Positions 17,451 to 27,459 of a stretch of DNA of 64,000 bases are shown piece after piece. The stretch's first letter is position 1. Each line of letters opens with the position of its first letter. The stretch comes from Minisyncoccota bacterium (lineage in GTDB: Bacteria > Patescibacteriota > Minisyncoccia > Phycocordibacterales > CSBR16-193). The stretch lies in assembly GCA_040905715.1 (NCBI GenBank), contig JBBDRA010000003.1, positions 199,075 to 263,074 on the forward strand. Reading direction: 5' to 3'. The position numbers and the translations under genes were made by a program. The notes below the pieces were generated by a model that worked only from the letters and a program-made list of their open reading frames with translations, was not told the origin of the DNA and searched no databases.

Positions 17451-17691
17451 TCCACAACACAGAGTTTGACCTCTGATTAGACCGCTCTAAACACTAAACC
17501 CCCGGTCCTTAGTGTTTAGAATGAGTCTCGTACGCGGGCCTGAACTTTTTATTTTGTCACACACAGAGGCCAGACATCAGTAAGTAATCCATTGACGAGT
17601 TTTTGATGCTGTAGTTAAATAGAAATAGCGGATCAGTTCATTGTTTTTCTTCATTTCGTTTGACGCTTAGCGTCAGAAAGGAGGATACCCG

Positions 17692-17985
17692 ATGCGGTAT
17701 CTGATCCTGATAGCAGCGGTGGCACTGATGAGTGTCCCCGCGCTCGCGAATGCGCCTCCGGAGAATGTCGAGAGCGATACTTTTTATTTGATCAGCCTCG
17801 ACGTCATCCCGACGGCGGACATCGGCGAGCTTATGCCGGCAATGGCAGAAAAGCGGGATCGATTGTCTCCAACGCCTGTTTCCAGGATCGCGCCGGCATT
17901 CGCCAAGAGCATGAATGATTCGTGTCCGAAGGGAGGTGCGCCGGCGATTGCCGGCATGAGTACGCGTTCCCCACGCGGAGCGTAG
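17692..17985 (+). CDS. Small secreted orphan protein
   Basis: AGGAGG SD; signal peptide MRYLILIAAVALMSVPALA; terminator ~18021-18046. Confidence 0.55.
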   Translation: MRYLILIAAVALMSVPALANAPPENVESDTFYLISLDVIPTADIGELMPAMAEKRDRLSPTPVSRIAPAFAKSMNDSCPKGGAPAIAGMSTRSPRGA

Positions 17986-18197
17986 CAACCTCACGGATGA
18001 GGATACCAAGAAAAGCACGGCCCCGGTTCGAGTGAACCGGGGTTTTATCGTGTAAGACTTCTGTTGTGATCTTGCAGTGGGTTCTTAAAACGTGTGGTGC
18101 CAGGTAGGTGGCGCGTTACGTATTTTGGGGATAAGTTATTTTGAGTCGGCATTAGCGTGATATACTTTAATTAGTATTAATAATTCACTATTTTTGT

Positions 18198-18392
18198 ATG
18201 GCTAAAAAAGTATATTATTACGTAGTTTCGATGGTCTTTTTTGTAGTTATGTTGCTTCACTTGGCCCGCATTGTTTACAGCTGGGATGCTGTGGTTGGCG
18301 GGGCAGTCATTCCTCTATGGGTCAGTTGGGCGGCCGTTGTGATAGCCGGGTATCTCTGTGCTCGCGGTTGGATGTTTGCAAAAAATGCTTAA
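18198..18392 (+). CDS. Small 2-TM membrane protein
   Basis: LLHLARIVYSWDAVVGG..IPLWVSW hydrophobic pattern. Confidence 0.65.
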   Translation: MAKKVYYYVVSMVFFVVMLLHLARIVYSWDAVVGGAVIPLWVSWAAVVIAGYLCARGWMFAKNA

Positions 18393-18403
18393 ATTATTGA
18401 TCT

Positions 18404-18808
18404 ATGGATACTATGAATGATCAAGATATACAACAAGAACAAGTTCAATCTACTACTCAAGACTCACATCTGAACACAGCGGGTCCTGAACAACAAGATA
18501 GAAAATCTACTGAGGAAGATAACGAATTACTCATGGGTATCTTGGCGTATCTGGGACCCCTTTTCCTTGTGCCGCTTTTGGCAGCGAAGGAAAATGATTT
18601 TGCTCAGTATCACGCTAAACAAGGTGCTGCATTATTTATTGGTGCTGTGGCGATCATGATGATAGCCTGGTTTCCGATCATCGGTTGGTTGATCGGTTTC
18701 GTCGCCTGGATCGCGTGGGTTGTGTTAACGATCATCGGTATCATGAATGTTGTACAGAAAAAGAAGAAGTCATTGCCGATCGTCGGCGGACTAGCGAAGC
18801 ATTTCTAG
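18404..18808 (+). CDS. DUF4870-like membrane protein
   Basis: ILAYLGPLFLVPLL...FAQYHAKQG...LPIVG. Confidence 0.75.
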   Translation: MDTMNDQDIQQEQVQSTTQDSHLNTAGPEQQDRKSTEEDNELLMGILAYLGPLFLVPLLAAKENDFAQYHAKQGAALFIGAVAIMMIAWFPIIGWLIGFVAWIAWVVLTIIGIMNVVQKKKKSLPIVGGLAKHF

Positions 18809-18879
18809 TTCGAATTTTTAAACATAAGACCTTGCCTCTAGTTTGACACCCTTAGCAGTGATGCTGCGCAGGGTGTTTT

Positions 18880-19776
18880 TTATTGTAGAAATTTTTTTAC
18901 TGCTGCATGAATCTGCTTATCTTCATCAGGTCGGAACCACTGGATTCGGCTGTCCCGTTTAAACCAGGAACGTTGACGTTTGGCATACTGACCTATCGCT
19001 GTTGTAAGCTGGTCAACCATCTCTCCTTTTGAAAGATCTCCCTGGAGGTAGTAAGCGAGATATCGGTACTCGAGCCCGAGTTGTATCATTCGCTCGAATG
19101 GTAAACCGTTTTCATGAAGGTTTTTTGCTTCATTGATCATGCCGGCGTGTAAGCGCTTTTCAAGACGACTTTGTATTCGCTCTCGTAGTTCGTTCATTTC
19201 AAGCGTAAGACCTATTTCAAGCACGTCATACGGTGATGCGTTAGTTGAAAGGGGTGGCACTTTCCCCACATGCTCAACTACCTCAAGCGCGCGTATAAGT
19301 CGTCGTTTGTTATCCGGCTCGATAGTCGCTGCTCGCTGGGAGTCTTTTTCTTGAAGTTCGGCAAAAAGCTCCTCGGTGTTTTTCTGTTCGAGCGTTGCGC
19401 GAAGTTCTTCGTCGGGCGGAACTTCAGGAAACGCAACATTGTCAACAACTGCTTGGATATAAAAACCGGTTCCGCCAACTAGAATTGGAAGTTTATCTCT
19501 GGAGTGAATACTAGCAATAGTGTCTTGCGCTATCTTCTTATACTCCGTAACAGTTATCTGCTCGTCTGGCTCGGCAATGTCGAGTAAGTAGTGAGGGACA
19601 CCTTTCATCTCTTCGCGGGTGATCTTGCCTGTGCCGATATCAAGTCCGCGGTAGATCTGTCGCGAGTCGGCGGACACTACTTCGCCGTCGAATGCACGAG
19701 CGAGCTCAACCGCGAGGTCGCTTTTACCGGTCGCGGTCGGACCGAGTATGACGAGGAGTTTTTGTTTTTCGTTCAT
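18880..19776 (-). CDS. miaA: tRNA dimethylallyltransferase
   Basis: GPTATGKS, SADSRQIYRGLDIGTGK, GGTGFY, YAKRQRSWF; true start MNEKQKLL at 19776. Confidence 0.95.
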   Translation of the reverse strand: MNEKQKLLVILGPTATGKSDLAVELARAFDGEVVSADSRQIYRGLDIGTGKITREEMKGVPHYLLDIAEPDEQITVTEYKKIAQDTIASIHSRDKLPILVGGTGFYIQAVVDNVAFPEVPPDEELRATLEQKNTEELFAELQEKDSQRAATIEPDNKRRLIRALEVVEHVGKVPPLSTNASPYDVLEIGLTLEMNELRERIQSRLEKRLHAGMINEAKNLHENGLPFERMIQLGLEYRYLAYYLQGDLSKGEMVDQLTTAIGQYAKRQRSWFKRDSRIQWFRPDEDKQIHAAVKKFLQ

Positions 19777-19779
19777 CTG

Positions 19780-19861
19780 TGCCGGAGGTGGGACTTGAAC
19801 CCACATCCCTTGCGAGACACGATTTTGAGTCGTGCGCGTATACCAATTCCGCCACTCCGGC
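19780..19861 (-). tRNA. tRNA-Leu (CAA), CCA not encoded
   Basis: Acceptor GCCGGAG/CTCCGGC, anticodon arm CACGA-CTCAAAA-TCGTG, long variable arm. Confidence 0.93.
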
Positions 19862-19984
19862 AATCATCGTCAGCGTACTATAAAACAAGGGGTATTTCAA
19901 TTTACATGTGGTTCTGTGGACTGGGTTCGTGTGTTATACTGCAGCTATATCTAATTTCTAAAGCCTAGGACCTAACGCTAAACT

Positions 19985-21421
19985 ATGACCGGTTTTTATC
20001 AAGATTCTATATTTTGGGTTGAGGTGGATAAGATCCAACCAAACCCGTATCAACCCCGCAAAGAGTTCAACCAAGAGGAGCTACAGAGTTTGGCGGATTC
20101 AATTCGACAGTACGGGGTGCTTCAAGCGCTGGTTGTAACCAGAACTGAATACCAGAAAGAAGACGGCGGATTAGCTGTGCAGTACGAGCTTATTTCCGGT
20201 GAACGACGGTTGCGAGCAGCAAAGCTTGGCGGCGTAAAGCAGGTGCCGGTGATGATCCGAACCGGGGAGGACAGCACGCAGATGAAACTCGAACTCGCTA
20301 TTATTGAAAACATTCAGCGTGAAGAACTGAATGTGGTGGATCGGGCGCGAGCCTTTCAAAAACTAGTAGATGAATTCAGCTTTTCTCACGCCAAGATCGC
20401 GCAGAAGGTAGGTAAGAGTCGTGAGTACATCACTAACAACTTACGCGTGCTTTCGCTACCGGATAACATTCTTGATGACCTGAGTGCTGGTAAACTATCT
20501 GAGGGTCATGCACGACCATTGATGGCGCTTAAGGACAAGCCGGAGGAACAGGCGGTTTTACATAAAGAGATCATGTACAAGAAGATGAGTGTTCGCGAGG
20601 CCGAGCGAGTAGCACGAAAGATAGCGCACGAAAATACTCGCAAAAAAAGCGCTAATTACAATTCTGAGGTCGCCAGTTTAGAAAAGGAGTTTTCCCAGTC
20701 ACTTGGAACCAGGGTGCATATTGAAAAGCGCGATCAGGGAGGCAAGCTTACCATCGATTATTTTTCAGACGAAGATCTTCAGCAGTTGCTCGAGTTGTTC
20801 AAGCAGCATGGTGGATCAAAAAGCCCGACTGAGATGATGGAAAAATTCATTGCATCCAAGCAGGAGAAAAAGCAAGAGAGAGAGCAAACACAAAACCAAG
20901 GAAGCATTCAGGAGGAAAAACAAACAGTCGAAGGTTCGGTGTTGCAACAAACACCGGAAGAAAATCAGAATGAAAACCCGAGAGATGAAAAAGTTACACC
21001 AGATGAAAGTGATGGGACTATGTCTACAAATGTAACAGCGGGCGCGGGTACGGTTGCTTCGAGTGCTTCTGGTCAAGAGCCTGCACCGGCACCGGAAGAT
21101 CAACGTCAGGATGATTCTGTAGCGCAAGCCCAGTCTACAGATCAGTTTTCTCCAGAGTCCGTATTAACTTCAAATGAGTTACATGAACCTGTCGCAAATA
21201 AGGAGTCAAACGATACTCAAACACATGTATCGCAACCGGGTAGCGAAAGCGGTCAAGCGCAGTCTGAATCAGAGCCTGAATCAAGTCCGATAACCGCACA
21301 GTCGTTTGTGGAGGAGGAATACGGCACAGACAATGAACAGTCAAAGGATGCGCCGGAAACCCCTGAAGATGACACAACAACTGACGACGATTTGTATTCG
21401 GTTAAGAATTTTACGATATAG
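19985..21421 (+). CDS. parB: ParB/Spo0J partition protein with long acidic disordered C-tail
   Basis: PNPYQPRKEF, ISGERRLRAA (CTPase motif), IIENIQREELN, HTH. Confidence 0.88.
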   Translation: MTGFYQDSIFWVEVDKIQPNPYQPRKEFNQEELQSLADSIRQYGVLQALVVTRTEYQKEDGGLAVQYELISGERRLRAAKLGGVKQVPVMIRTGEDSTQMKLELAIIENIQREELNVVDRARAFQKLVDEFSFSHAKIAQKVGKSREYITNNLRVLSLPDNILDDLSAGKLSEGHARPLMALKDKPEEQAVLHKEIMYKKMSVREAERVARKIAHENTRKKSANYNSEVASLEKEFSQSLGTRVHIEKRDQGGKLTIDYFSDEDLQQLLELFKQHGGSKSPTEMMEKFIASKQEKKQEREQTQNQGSIQEEKQTVEGSVLQQTPEENQNENPRDEKVTPDESDGTMSTNVTAGAGTVASSASGQEPAPAPEDQRQDDSVAQAQSTDQFSPESVLTSNELHEPVANKESNDTQTHVSQPGSESGQAQSESEPESSPITAQSFVEEEYGTDNEQSKDAPETPEDDTTTDDDLYSVKNFTI

Positions 21422-21456
21422 CGATATAGATAGAGGCTTGCTACGCTAAGATCAAT

Positions 21457-21495
21457 AAAATAAATGGCTCACATTGCTTGTGAGCCATTTATTTT
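21457..21495. terminator. Bidirectional terminator between parB and topA
   Basis: AAAATAAATGGCTCAC/GTGAGCCATTTATTTT. Confidence 0.75.
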
Positions 21496-21498
21496 CAC

Positions 21499-23718
21499 TT
21501 ATTTACCTTCCTGTTCTTTCTCCTTTTGCTTTTTTTCTTTCGCTTTCTGGCGTTTCTCCTTTTCTTTAAGTATTTCAAGTGCGCGATCGAGCTTTACTGT
21601 GTAGACGTCGTCATCTTTTTTAAGACTGGCGTACACATCGTTGTGCCACACGTACGGACCGAATCGGCCAATACTTGCTTTGACCGGTTCACCGGTTTTC
21701 GGATGATCGCCAAGATCGCGGGGAAGTGAAAGATACTTTTCTGCATCCTTCATGGTCAACTTTTCTAAGTCCATCTCTTTTGGAACACTGGCACGTTTCG
21801 GCTTTTCAGCTTTTTTGTCACCTTTCTCCGGTGATTCGCCAAGCTGGACGTATGGACCAAAGCGTCCGGTAAGCAGGTAAATATTTTCACCGGTCTTTGA
21901 GTGCTGGCCGATCGGCTCATCTTCTTTTATCTCCATTCCTTCAAGGGTTAGCGCGCCGTCACAATCAGGAAATGTCGAGCAGGAAAGGAACTTGCCGCCA
22001 CGTCCGAGTTTGATGACCATGGATTTGCCGCACTTGGGGCACTTGAATTTCTTGTCGGCTTTGCCAAGGTTGGTTATCTTTTCAATATCTTCTTTTGATT
22101 TAACAGTTTTAAGGAATGGCTTGTAAAACTCGTTCAGGGTGCCAACATAATCCCCGTTTCCTTCAGCAATATCATCAAGCTTCTGCTCCATTTGAGAGGT
22201 AAAGTCATCGTTAATGTACTCCATGAAGTGGCTCTCGAGAAAATCACTCACGACCATGCCGGTGTCTGTTGGTATAAGCGCCTTGCTCTCACTCAGAACA
22301 TACTCACGGTCCTGAAGTGTTTGAATAATAGAGGCATAGGTACTCGGTCGTCCGATACCTCGCTTTTCGAGCTCCTTAACGAGTCCGGCTTCTGAGTAGT
22401 GAGAGGGCGGTTGGGTTTCTTTGCCTTCAGTCGATATGTCTTTAAGATCTAACGGCTCACCGGCTTCAACTCCCGGCACCTCTGTTTCTTCGCCTCGTGC
22501 GCCCGGATCTGCTTTAAACCAGCCATCGAACGCGATCTGTGAACCGGTAACACGAAAGTCGGGCAGGTCGTTATCGACGGTGTTAGATACGATCGTGGTT
22601 CGAGTGATCTTGGCTGAAGCCATTTGCGAGGCAACCGTTCGCTGCCAGATAAGCTGATACACTTTTTGTTGGTCCGGATTATTGCCGGCTTTGTCTTTTG
22701 AGAAGGTGGTGGGACGAATCGCTTCGTGGGCTTCTTGCGCACTTTTGCTTTTCTTTGTGTAGGTGTGTGTTTCAAGGTACTCCTCACCATATTGCTTCTT
22801 TATCAGAGATGTGATCTGCGTGATCGCTTCCTTGGCAAGGTTCGTGCTGTCTGTACGCATATACGTGATGTGCCCTGCCTCGTACAGTTTCTGGGCCAGG
22901 CGCATTGTGCGCGACGGTGAGAAACCGAGCCGAGAGCTCGCTGCTTGTTGAAGGGTCGATGTGATGAACGGTGGTCGTGGCTTCCGGGTGACTGTTTGTT
23001 CTTTTACATCTTTGACGTGCCAATCTTTTTTCTTCGCAGTGGCGACGATATCCTTGGCTTTTTTCTCGTCCGTCGGTTCTTCTGAGCAGACGGCAACAAA
23101 ACCGGCCTTTTTCTTTGGTTTTAGATCAGCGGTTATTACCCAAAACGGGGTTGGGACAAATGCCTGAATCTCGCGCTCGCGCTCGGCGAGGATCCGGAGT
23201 GCAGGGGACTGAACGCGTCCGGCAGAAAGACCGTAGCGTAGTTTCTTCCAGATCAATCCGGAAAGGTCGTACCCAAAGAGTCGGTCAAGAACTCGCCGGG
23301 TTTCTTGGGCTTCCTTGAGATTGTGATCAATGTTGCGTGGATGCTTGATCGCTTCTTGAACAGCGTCCTTGGTGATCTCGTTAAAGACAATACGTTTGGC
23401 GTTCTTGATACCGGCAGCTTCTCGAACGTGCCAGGCGATCGCTTCGCCTTCTCGGTCGGGGTCAGTCGCGAGATATACATCTTTTGCTTTTGATACTGCT
23501 TCTTTGATACCCTCGACCACGTGCTCTTTTCCGGGCGTGATCTGGTAGTGAGGCTTGAAATCATTGTCGATCTCAACAGCGTCAGCGTTCTTCTTCGGCA
23601 GGTCACGAATGTGGCCAACCGATGCTTTAACGATAAAGTCACTGCCAAGATATTTCTTTATTGTCTTCTCCTTTGCCGGGGACTCAACAATAACGAGGTT
23701 CTTTTTAGTAGTTGTCAT
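21499..23718 (-). CDS. topA: DNA topoisomerase I
   Basis: IVESPAK, ATDPDREGEAI, SAGRVQS, ITYMRTDS, AQEAHEAIRP, Zn finger and C-terminal repeats. Confidence 0.97.
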   Translation of the reverse strand: MTTTKKNLVIVESPAKEKTIKKYLGSDFIVKASVGHIRDLPKKNADAVEIDNDFKPHYQITPGKEHVVEGIKEAVSKAKDVYLATDPDREGEAIAWHVREAAGIKNAKRIVFNEITKDAVQEAIKHPRNIDHNLKEAQETRRVLDRLFGYDLSGLIWKKLRYGLSAGRVQSPALRILAEREREIQAFVPTPFWVITADLKPKKKAGFVAVCSEEPTDEKKAKDIVATAKKKDWHVKDVKEQTVTRKPRPPFITSTLQQAASSRLGFSPSRTMRLAQKLYEAGHITYMRTDSTNLAKEAITQITSLIKKQYGEEYLETHTYTKKSKSAQEAHEAIRPTTFSKDKAGNNPDQQKVYQLIWQRTVASQMASAKITRTTIVSNTVDNDLPDFRVTGSQIAFDGWFKADPGARGEETEVPGVEAGEPLDLKDISTEGKETQPPSHYSEAGLVKELEKRGIGRPSTYASIIQTLQDREYVLSESKALIPTDTGMVVSDFLESHFMEYINDDFTSQMEQKLDDIAEGNGDYVGTLNEFYKPFLKTVKSKEDIEKITNLGKADKKFKCPKCGKSMVIKLGRGGKFLSCSTFPDCDGALTLEGMEIKEDEPIGQHSKTGENIYLLTGRFGPYVQLGESPEKGDKKAEKPKRASVPKEMDLEKLTMKDAEKYLSLPRDLGDHPKTGEPVKASIGRFGPYVWHNDVYASLKKDDDVYTVKLDRALEILKEKEKRQKAKEKKQKEKEQEGK

Positions 23719-23838
23719 AGTGTACGTTTGTATAACAGGATAGCATAGAATGCAAGCTTGGCCAGATACTGTGACCTCAATGCTTCCGGTAAAAAAGGTT
23801 TGGAGAACCCGGATAAATTCACTAGGTATGTGAATCGT

Positions 23839-24714
23839 TCACAGACGAAAGAGTGATCCTCGCTCTTCTTTGATAACACTTTTCATCTCCAGCGCGGCAA
23901 TGGTCATGTTTGCTTTGCTGGTGCCGAGTCTGCTCAGGCGGATCACTTCATCGCGACCTCTCGGTTCAGCTAGAACCTTGAGGATGATCTGTTCGTCGCC
24001 TGAGTAATGTGACAGTTCAAGGGGCTCTTGCGTTACGGTCTCGCTTGTTAGAGCAAGTGCTTCGTGGAGGTCAACGGCCGACGTGATCGGCGTGGCTCCG
24101 TCACGGATCAGTTGGTGAGGGCCAACGCTTCCATCAGAGAATAGAGAGCCGGGTGTTGCCAGAACATCACGGTTGTACTCACCGGCTAGACGGGCAGTGA
24201 TAAGCGTGCCGGAGCGATCGCGGGCCTCAATGATCAGTATGGCATGCGAGAGACCGGCCATGATGCGATTGCGTTGCGGGAAGGCCCAGGGAGTGGACCG
24301 AAAGTCGGGTTCAAATTCAGAGACAAGTGCGCCGCCGCACTCAACGATCCGGTCGGCTAGACCGAGGTTGGAGCGGGGAGCGATCACCTTACGACCAAGT
24401 CCTGACCCCGGGACGGCTACGGTAGCGAGGCCGGCAGCTAATGCGGCTTCGTGGGCAAGCGCATCGATGCCGAGGGCAAGACCGGAAATGACTGTTACCG
24501 GCTTACCTCGAAGCGAACTGATGAGTGTGTCAACCACTTGTTTTCCATACGGAGAGTGTTTGCGAGAGCCGACCACGCACAATGTTGTATTCGTGTCCGG
24601 GGGCAGTGTCCCTTTTATGTACAACTGTTTCGGCGGGTCGGGAATCTCTTGGAGCAACAGTGGGAATTGAGCCGGCGCAAGCTTAAAAAGTTTCTCAGAG
24701 GTCATTTCCCGCAT
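23839..24714 (-). CDS. dprA: DNA-processing protein DprA
   Basis: VVGSR, ISGLALGIDALAH, FPQRNRIMAGLS, SGTLITA; upstream of topA. Confidence 0.93.
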   Translation of the reverse strand: MREMTSEKLFKLAPAQFPLLLQEIPDPPKQLYIKGTLPPDTNTTLCVVGSRKHSPYGKQVVDTLISSLRGKPVTVISGLALGIDALAHEAALAAGLATVAVPGSGLGRKVIAPRSNLGLADRIVECGGALVSEFEPDFRSTPWAFPQRNRIMAGLSHAILIIEARDRSGTLITARLAGEYNRDVLATPGSLFSDGSVGPHQLIRDGATPITSAVDLHEALALTSETVTQEPLELSHYSGDEQIILKVLAEPRGRDEVIRLSRLGTSKANMTIAALEMKSVIKEERGSLFRL

Positions 24715-24770
24715 TGTAACACCTCGTGGTACTATACTAAATACAGAATACGATATACTGAATACTGCAT

Positions 24771-26042
24771 ATGTTAGATATACATTTCATTCGAGATAAT
24801 AAAGACCTAGTGCAAGAAGCTGCTCGTAAAAAACGGATCGATTTTGACGTAGCAAAACTTATCGAAGTAGACGATAGTCGTCGTAAGCTTCAGCAAGAGG
24901 TGGACGATCTGCGCGCGAAGCAGAACGTCGCAAGTAGCGCAATTGCGTCAATTGAGAACACCGAAGAGAAACAGCAAAAGATCGCAGAATCAAAAGAAGC
25001 AAAAGAGGCGCTCCAGAAGAAAGAAGAGGAGCTCAAAAGCGTAATGGAGGAGTGGAAGAATCTCATGATCGCTGTGCCTAATGTCCCCGACATGTCTGTG
25101 CCGGACGGCAATGACGAGAATGACAACCAGGAGGTCAAGCAGGTGGGTGAGAAGCCAACATTTTCGTTTGAACCAAAAGATCATGTTGAGTTAATGACCA
25201 ACCTCGGCATGGTTGATTTTGATAGGGGAACAAAGATCCATGGTTTTCGCGGATATGTGTTGATCGGAGATGGTGCCCTTCTCTCACACGCTATTTGGGA
25301 CTGTGCTCGTGATTTTTATCTGAAAAAGAACTTTACCTACGCACTCCCGCCTGCGATTGCAAAGAAAGAGTATTTCTATGGCACCGGACACCTTCCAACT
25401 GAGGCTGAGGATCTATATCAAACGCAAGATGACGACTATCTATCGGGCACCTCTGAGGTACCTATGATGGCGTATCACTCAGATGAAACACTTAAAAAAG
25501 AAGATTTGCCAAAACGGTATCTGGCTTTTTCTCCATGTTATCGACGTGAGGCGGGCAGCTATGGAAAGGACACCAAAGGACTGTTGCGCGTGCATGAATT
25601 TTATAAACTTGAGCAGCTTGTATTGTGTGAAGCAGATCACGAGCAATCGGTTCAATTTCATGAGGAGCTGAATCGAAACACTGAGGAGTTTCTTGAGTTG
25701 CTCGGTTTGCCGTATCGGCAAGTATTAATAAGCTCGGGAGATCTTTCCAGTGGAAAGGTGAAACAGTACGATACCGATCTTTGGATACCGTCTCAAAAAA
25801 CATACCGTGAGATATCCAGTGCATCGTATTATCACGATTTTCAATCTCGTCGATTTAATATTCGCTATGACGATGAGGGTAAGAAGCGGTATGTGCACTC
25901 ACTGAATGCCACCGCCATACCGACACCTCGCGTACTCATCTCGCTTATTGAAAATAACCAGCAGAGTGACGGGTCGGTTACGATTCCGGAAGCATTGCGT
26001 CCGTACCTCGGCGGACGTGAGGCGTTCACTCTGCGTTCATAG
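24771..26042 (+). CDS. serS: Serine--tRNA ligase
   Basis: MLDIHFIR coiled coil, GTSE, YRREAGSYGKDTKGLLRVHEFYKLEQ, EISSAS, SLNAT. Confidence 0.96.
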   Translation: MLDIHFIRDNKDLVQEAARKKRIDFDVAKLIEVDDSRRKLQQEVDDLRAKQNVASSAIASIENTEEKQQKIAESKEAKEALQKKEEELKSVMEEWKNLMIAVPNVPDMSVPDGNDENDNQEVKQVGEKPTFSFEPKDHVELMTNLGMVDFDRGTKIHGFRGYVLIGDGALLSHAIWDCARDFYLKKNFTYALPPAIAKKEYFYGTGHLPTEAEDLYQTQDDDYLSGTSEVPMMAYHSDETLKKEDLPKRYLAFSPCYRREAGSYGKDTKGLLRVHEFYKLEQLVLCEADHEQSVQFHEELNRNTEEFLELLGLPYRQVLISSGDLSSGKVKQYDTDLWIPSQKTYREISSASYYHDFQSRRFNIRYDDEGKKRYVHSLNATAIPTPRVLISLIENNQQSDGSVTIPEALRPYLGGREAFTLRS

Positions 26043-26053
26043 TATTTATTCTT

Positions 26054-27016
26054 ATGGCTCCACGACGGCGTAATGTAAAACCATACATGCGACGCCGACG
26101 GCGGCGCATAGCGCTTGTCGCCGTACTTTTTATCAGTGCTACTGTTTTAGTTTTCGGTAGTGCGTACATCGCCCGGCTCAGTTGGTGGACGGTACATGAT
26201 ATCGTTGTGCATGGAGCAGACGCGACATCGCCCAGCAAGATGAAGTTCGTCGCTGAGAAGAACTTGTCCGGCTCTTATGCCTGGATTATTCCGAAACGTA
26301 ACGCGCTGTTCTATCCGAAGTCAGCAATTCGGCAGGATCTTCTGGAAACATTCCCTCGAATCAGTGAGATAGATCTATCGCTCGATGGTTTTAGCAAGTT
26401 GGATATAACGATTCGGGAACGGCAAGCGTACGGAATGTGGTGCAACGACAAGATGTCGACAGCAACAAGCACCGATCAAGGAGACGAAGAGCACGAAGAC
26501 TGCTTCTTTCTCGATGGTCGTGGCTATATTTATGCAAGAGCAGCAACATTCTCAGATGAAGTGTACCTGACCTTCTATGGAGGCAGATTCGATCACGTGG
26601 GTGGTGGTGAGAAGAAAGAAGATTCAATCGTTGATGAAACGCATGCAAGCTCTACTTCCAGCGTTGCATCGTCTACCGATCCCATCGGCACCACTTTTCT
26701 TGCGAATGAATTTTCTGACTTAAGAGTGTTTCTTGAGCGACTTGAGCATCTAGGTCTGCGTCCACGATCTGTGTACGCGGATCTACCGCAGGATTTTCGT
26801 ATAGAACTAGATAACGGCAGCTACGTCATAATTAATCTCAAAAATGACCTCGAAAGTACCTTTGGGAATCTTCGATTACTGCTTGAAACAAGAGAGCTTG
26901 AACTTCAGGACGGTGACGGTGACTTCCGATTTTCCTCCATTGATCTTCGGTTTGGTAATCGTGTTTTTTATGAGCCACTGGAAAATGAGGATAGTGAAGA
27001 TGATTCTCCACAATAG
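26054..27016 (+). CDS. FtsQ/DivIB-like cell division protein
   Basis: Basic N-terminus, single TM, POTRA-like region, C-terminal IDLRFGNRVFY. Confidence 0.7.
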   Translation: MAPRRRNVKPYMRRRRRRIALVAVLFISATVLVFGSAYIARLSWWTVHDIVVHGADATSPSKMKFVAEKNLSGSYAWIIPKRNALFYPKSAIRQDLLETFPRISEIDLSLDGFSKLDITIRERQAYGMWCNDKMSTATSTDQGDEEHEDCFFLDGRGYIYARAATFSDEVYLTFYGGRFDHVGGGEKKEDSIVDETHASSTSSVASSTDPIGTTFLANEFSDLRVFLERLEHLGLRPRSVYADLPQDFRIELDNGSYVIINLKNDLESTFGNLRLLLETRELELQDGDGDFRFSSIDLRFGNRVFYEPLENEDSEDDSPQ

Positions 27017-27066
27017 AGGTGCCGGCACTCGATTAAGCCGGAAGATCTCGTGATATACTGGTAGTA

Positions 27067-27459
27067 ATGTGGGTCCATTCTTTTCTCGTTGACTATGCAC
27101 TCTGGCACTATACGCGTGCCATCAGTGATGGTGTGCGTATTCTACGCAATTTTGTGTGGTTTTGTTTTCATTTCTTCTCTCTAGCTCTTCTTGCTCGAAC
27201 ATTATTCGCGCCGTTCGAGAAACTTGGCGAGCGGTATCCTCGCGGTTTTGATGTGCCTCAAATACTGTCTGCCTTTGTGGTAAATATTCTGATGCGTATC
27301 GTCGGGGCACTTAGCCGTCTGATTATTATAAGTGTTGGACTTCTTTGCATGGCAGGCGTAGTGCTCTTCGGAGTCATCGGTTTTATTGTCTGGATCATTT
27401 TTCCGTTTGCGGCACTTGGTGCCGGGGTGACCGGAATATTACTTATTATCGGGGTATGA
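27067..27459 (+). CDS. Membrane hypothetical protein, translationally coupled to the Clp ATPase
   Basis: WHY...FFSL..L.RTLFAP motif; ATGA overlap with the next gene. Confidence 0.7.
   Translation: MWVHSFLVDYALWHYTRAISDGVRILRNFVWFCFHFFSLALLARTLFAPFEKLGERYPRGFDVPQILSAFVVNILMRIVGALSRLIIISVGLLCMAGVVLFGVIGFIVWIIFPFAALGAGVTGILLIIGV

Noticed and set aside
19777-19863. N-terminal extension of miaA in the ORF track
   Set aside because: It is the tRNA-Leu sequence read in frame; MiaA similarity begins at MNEKQKLL.
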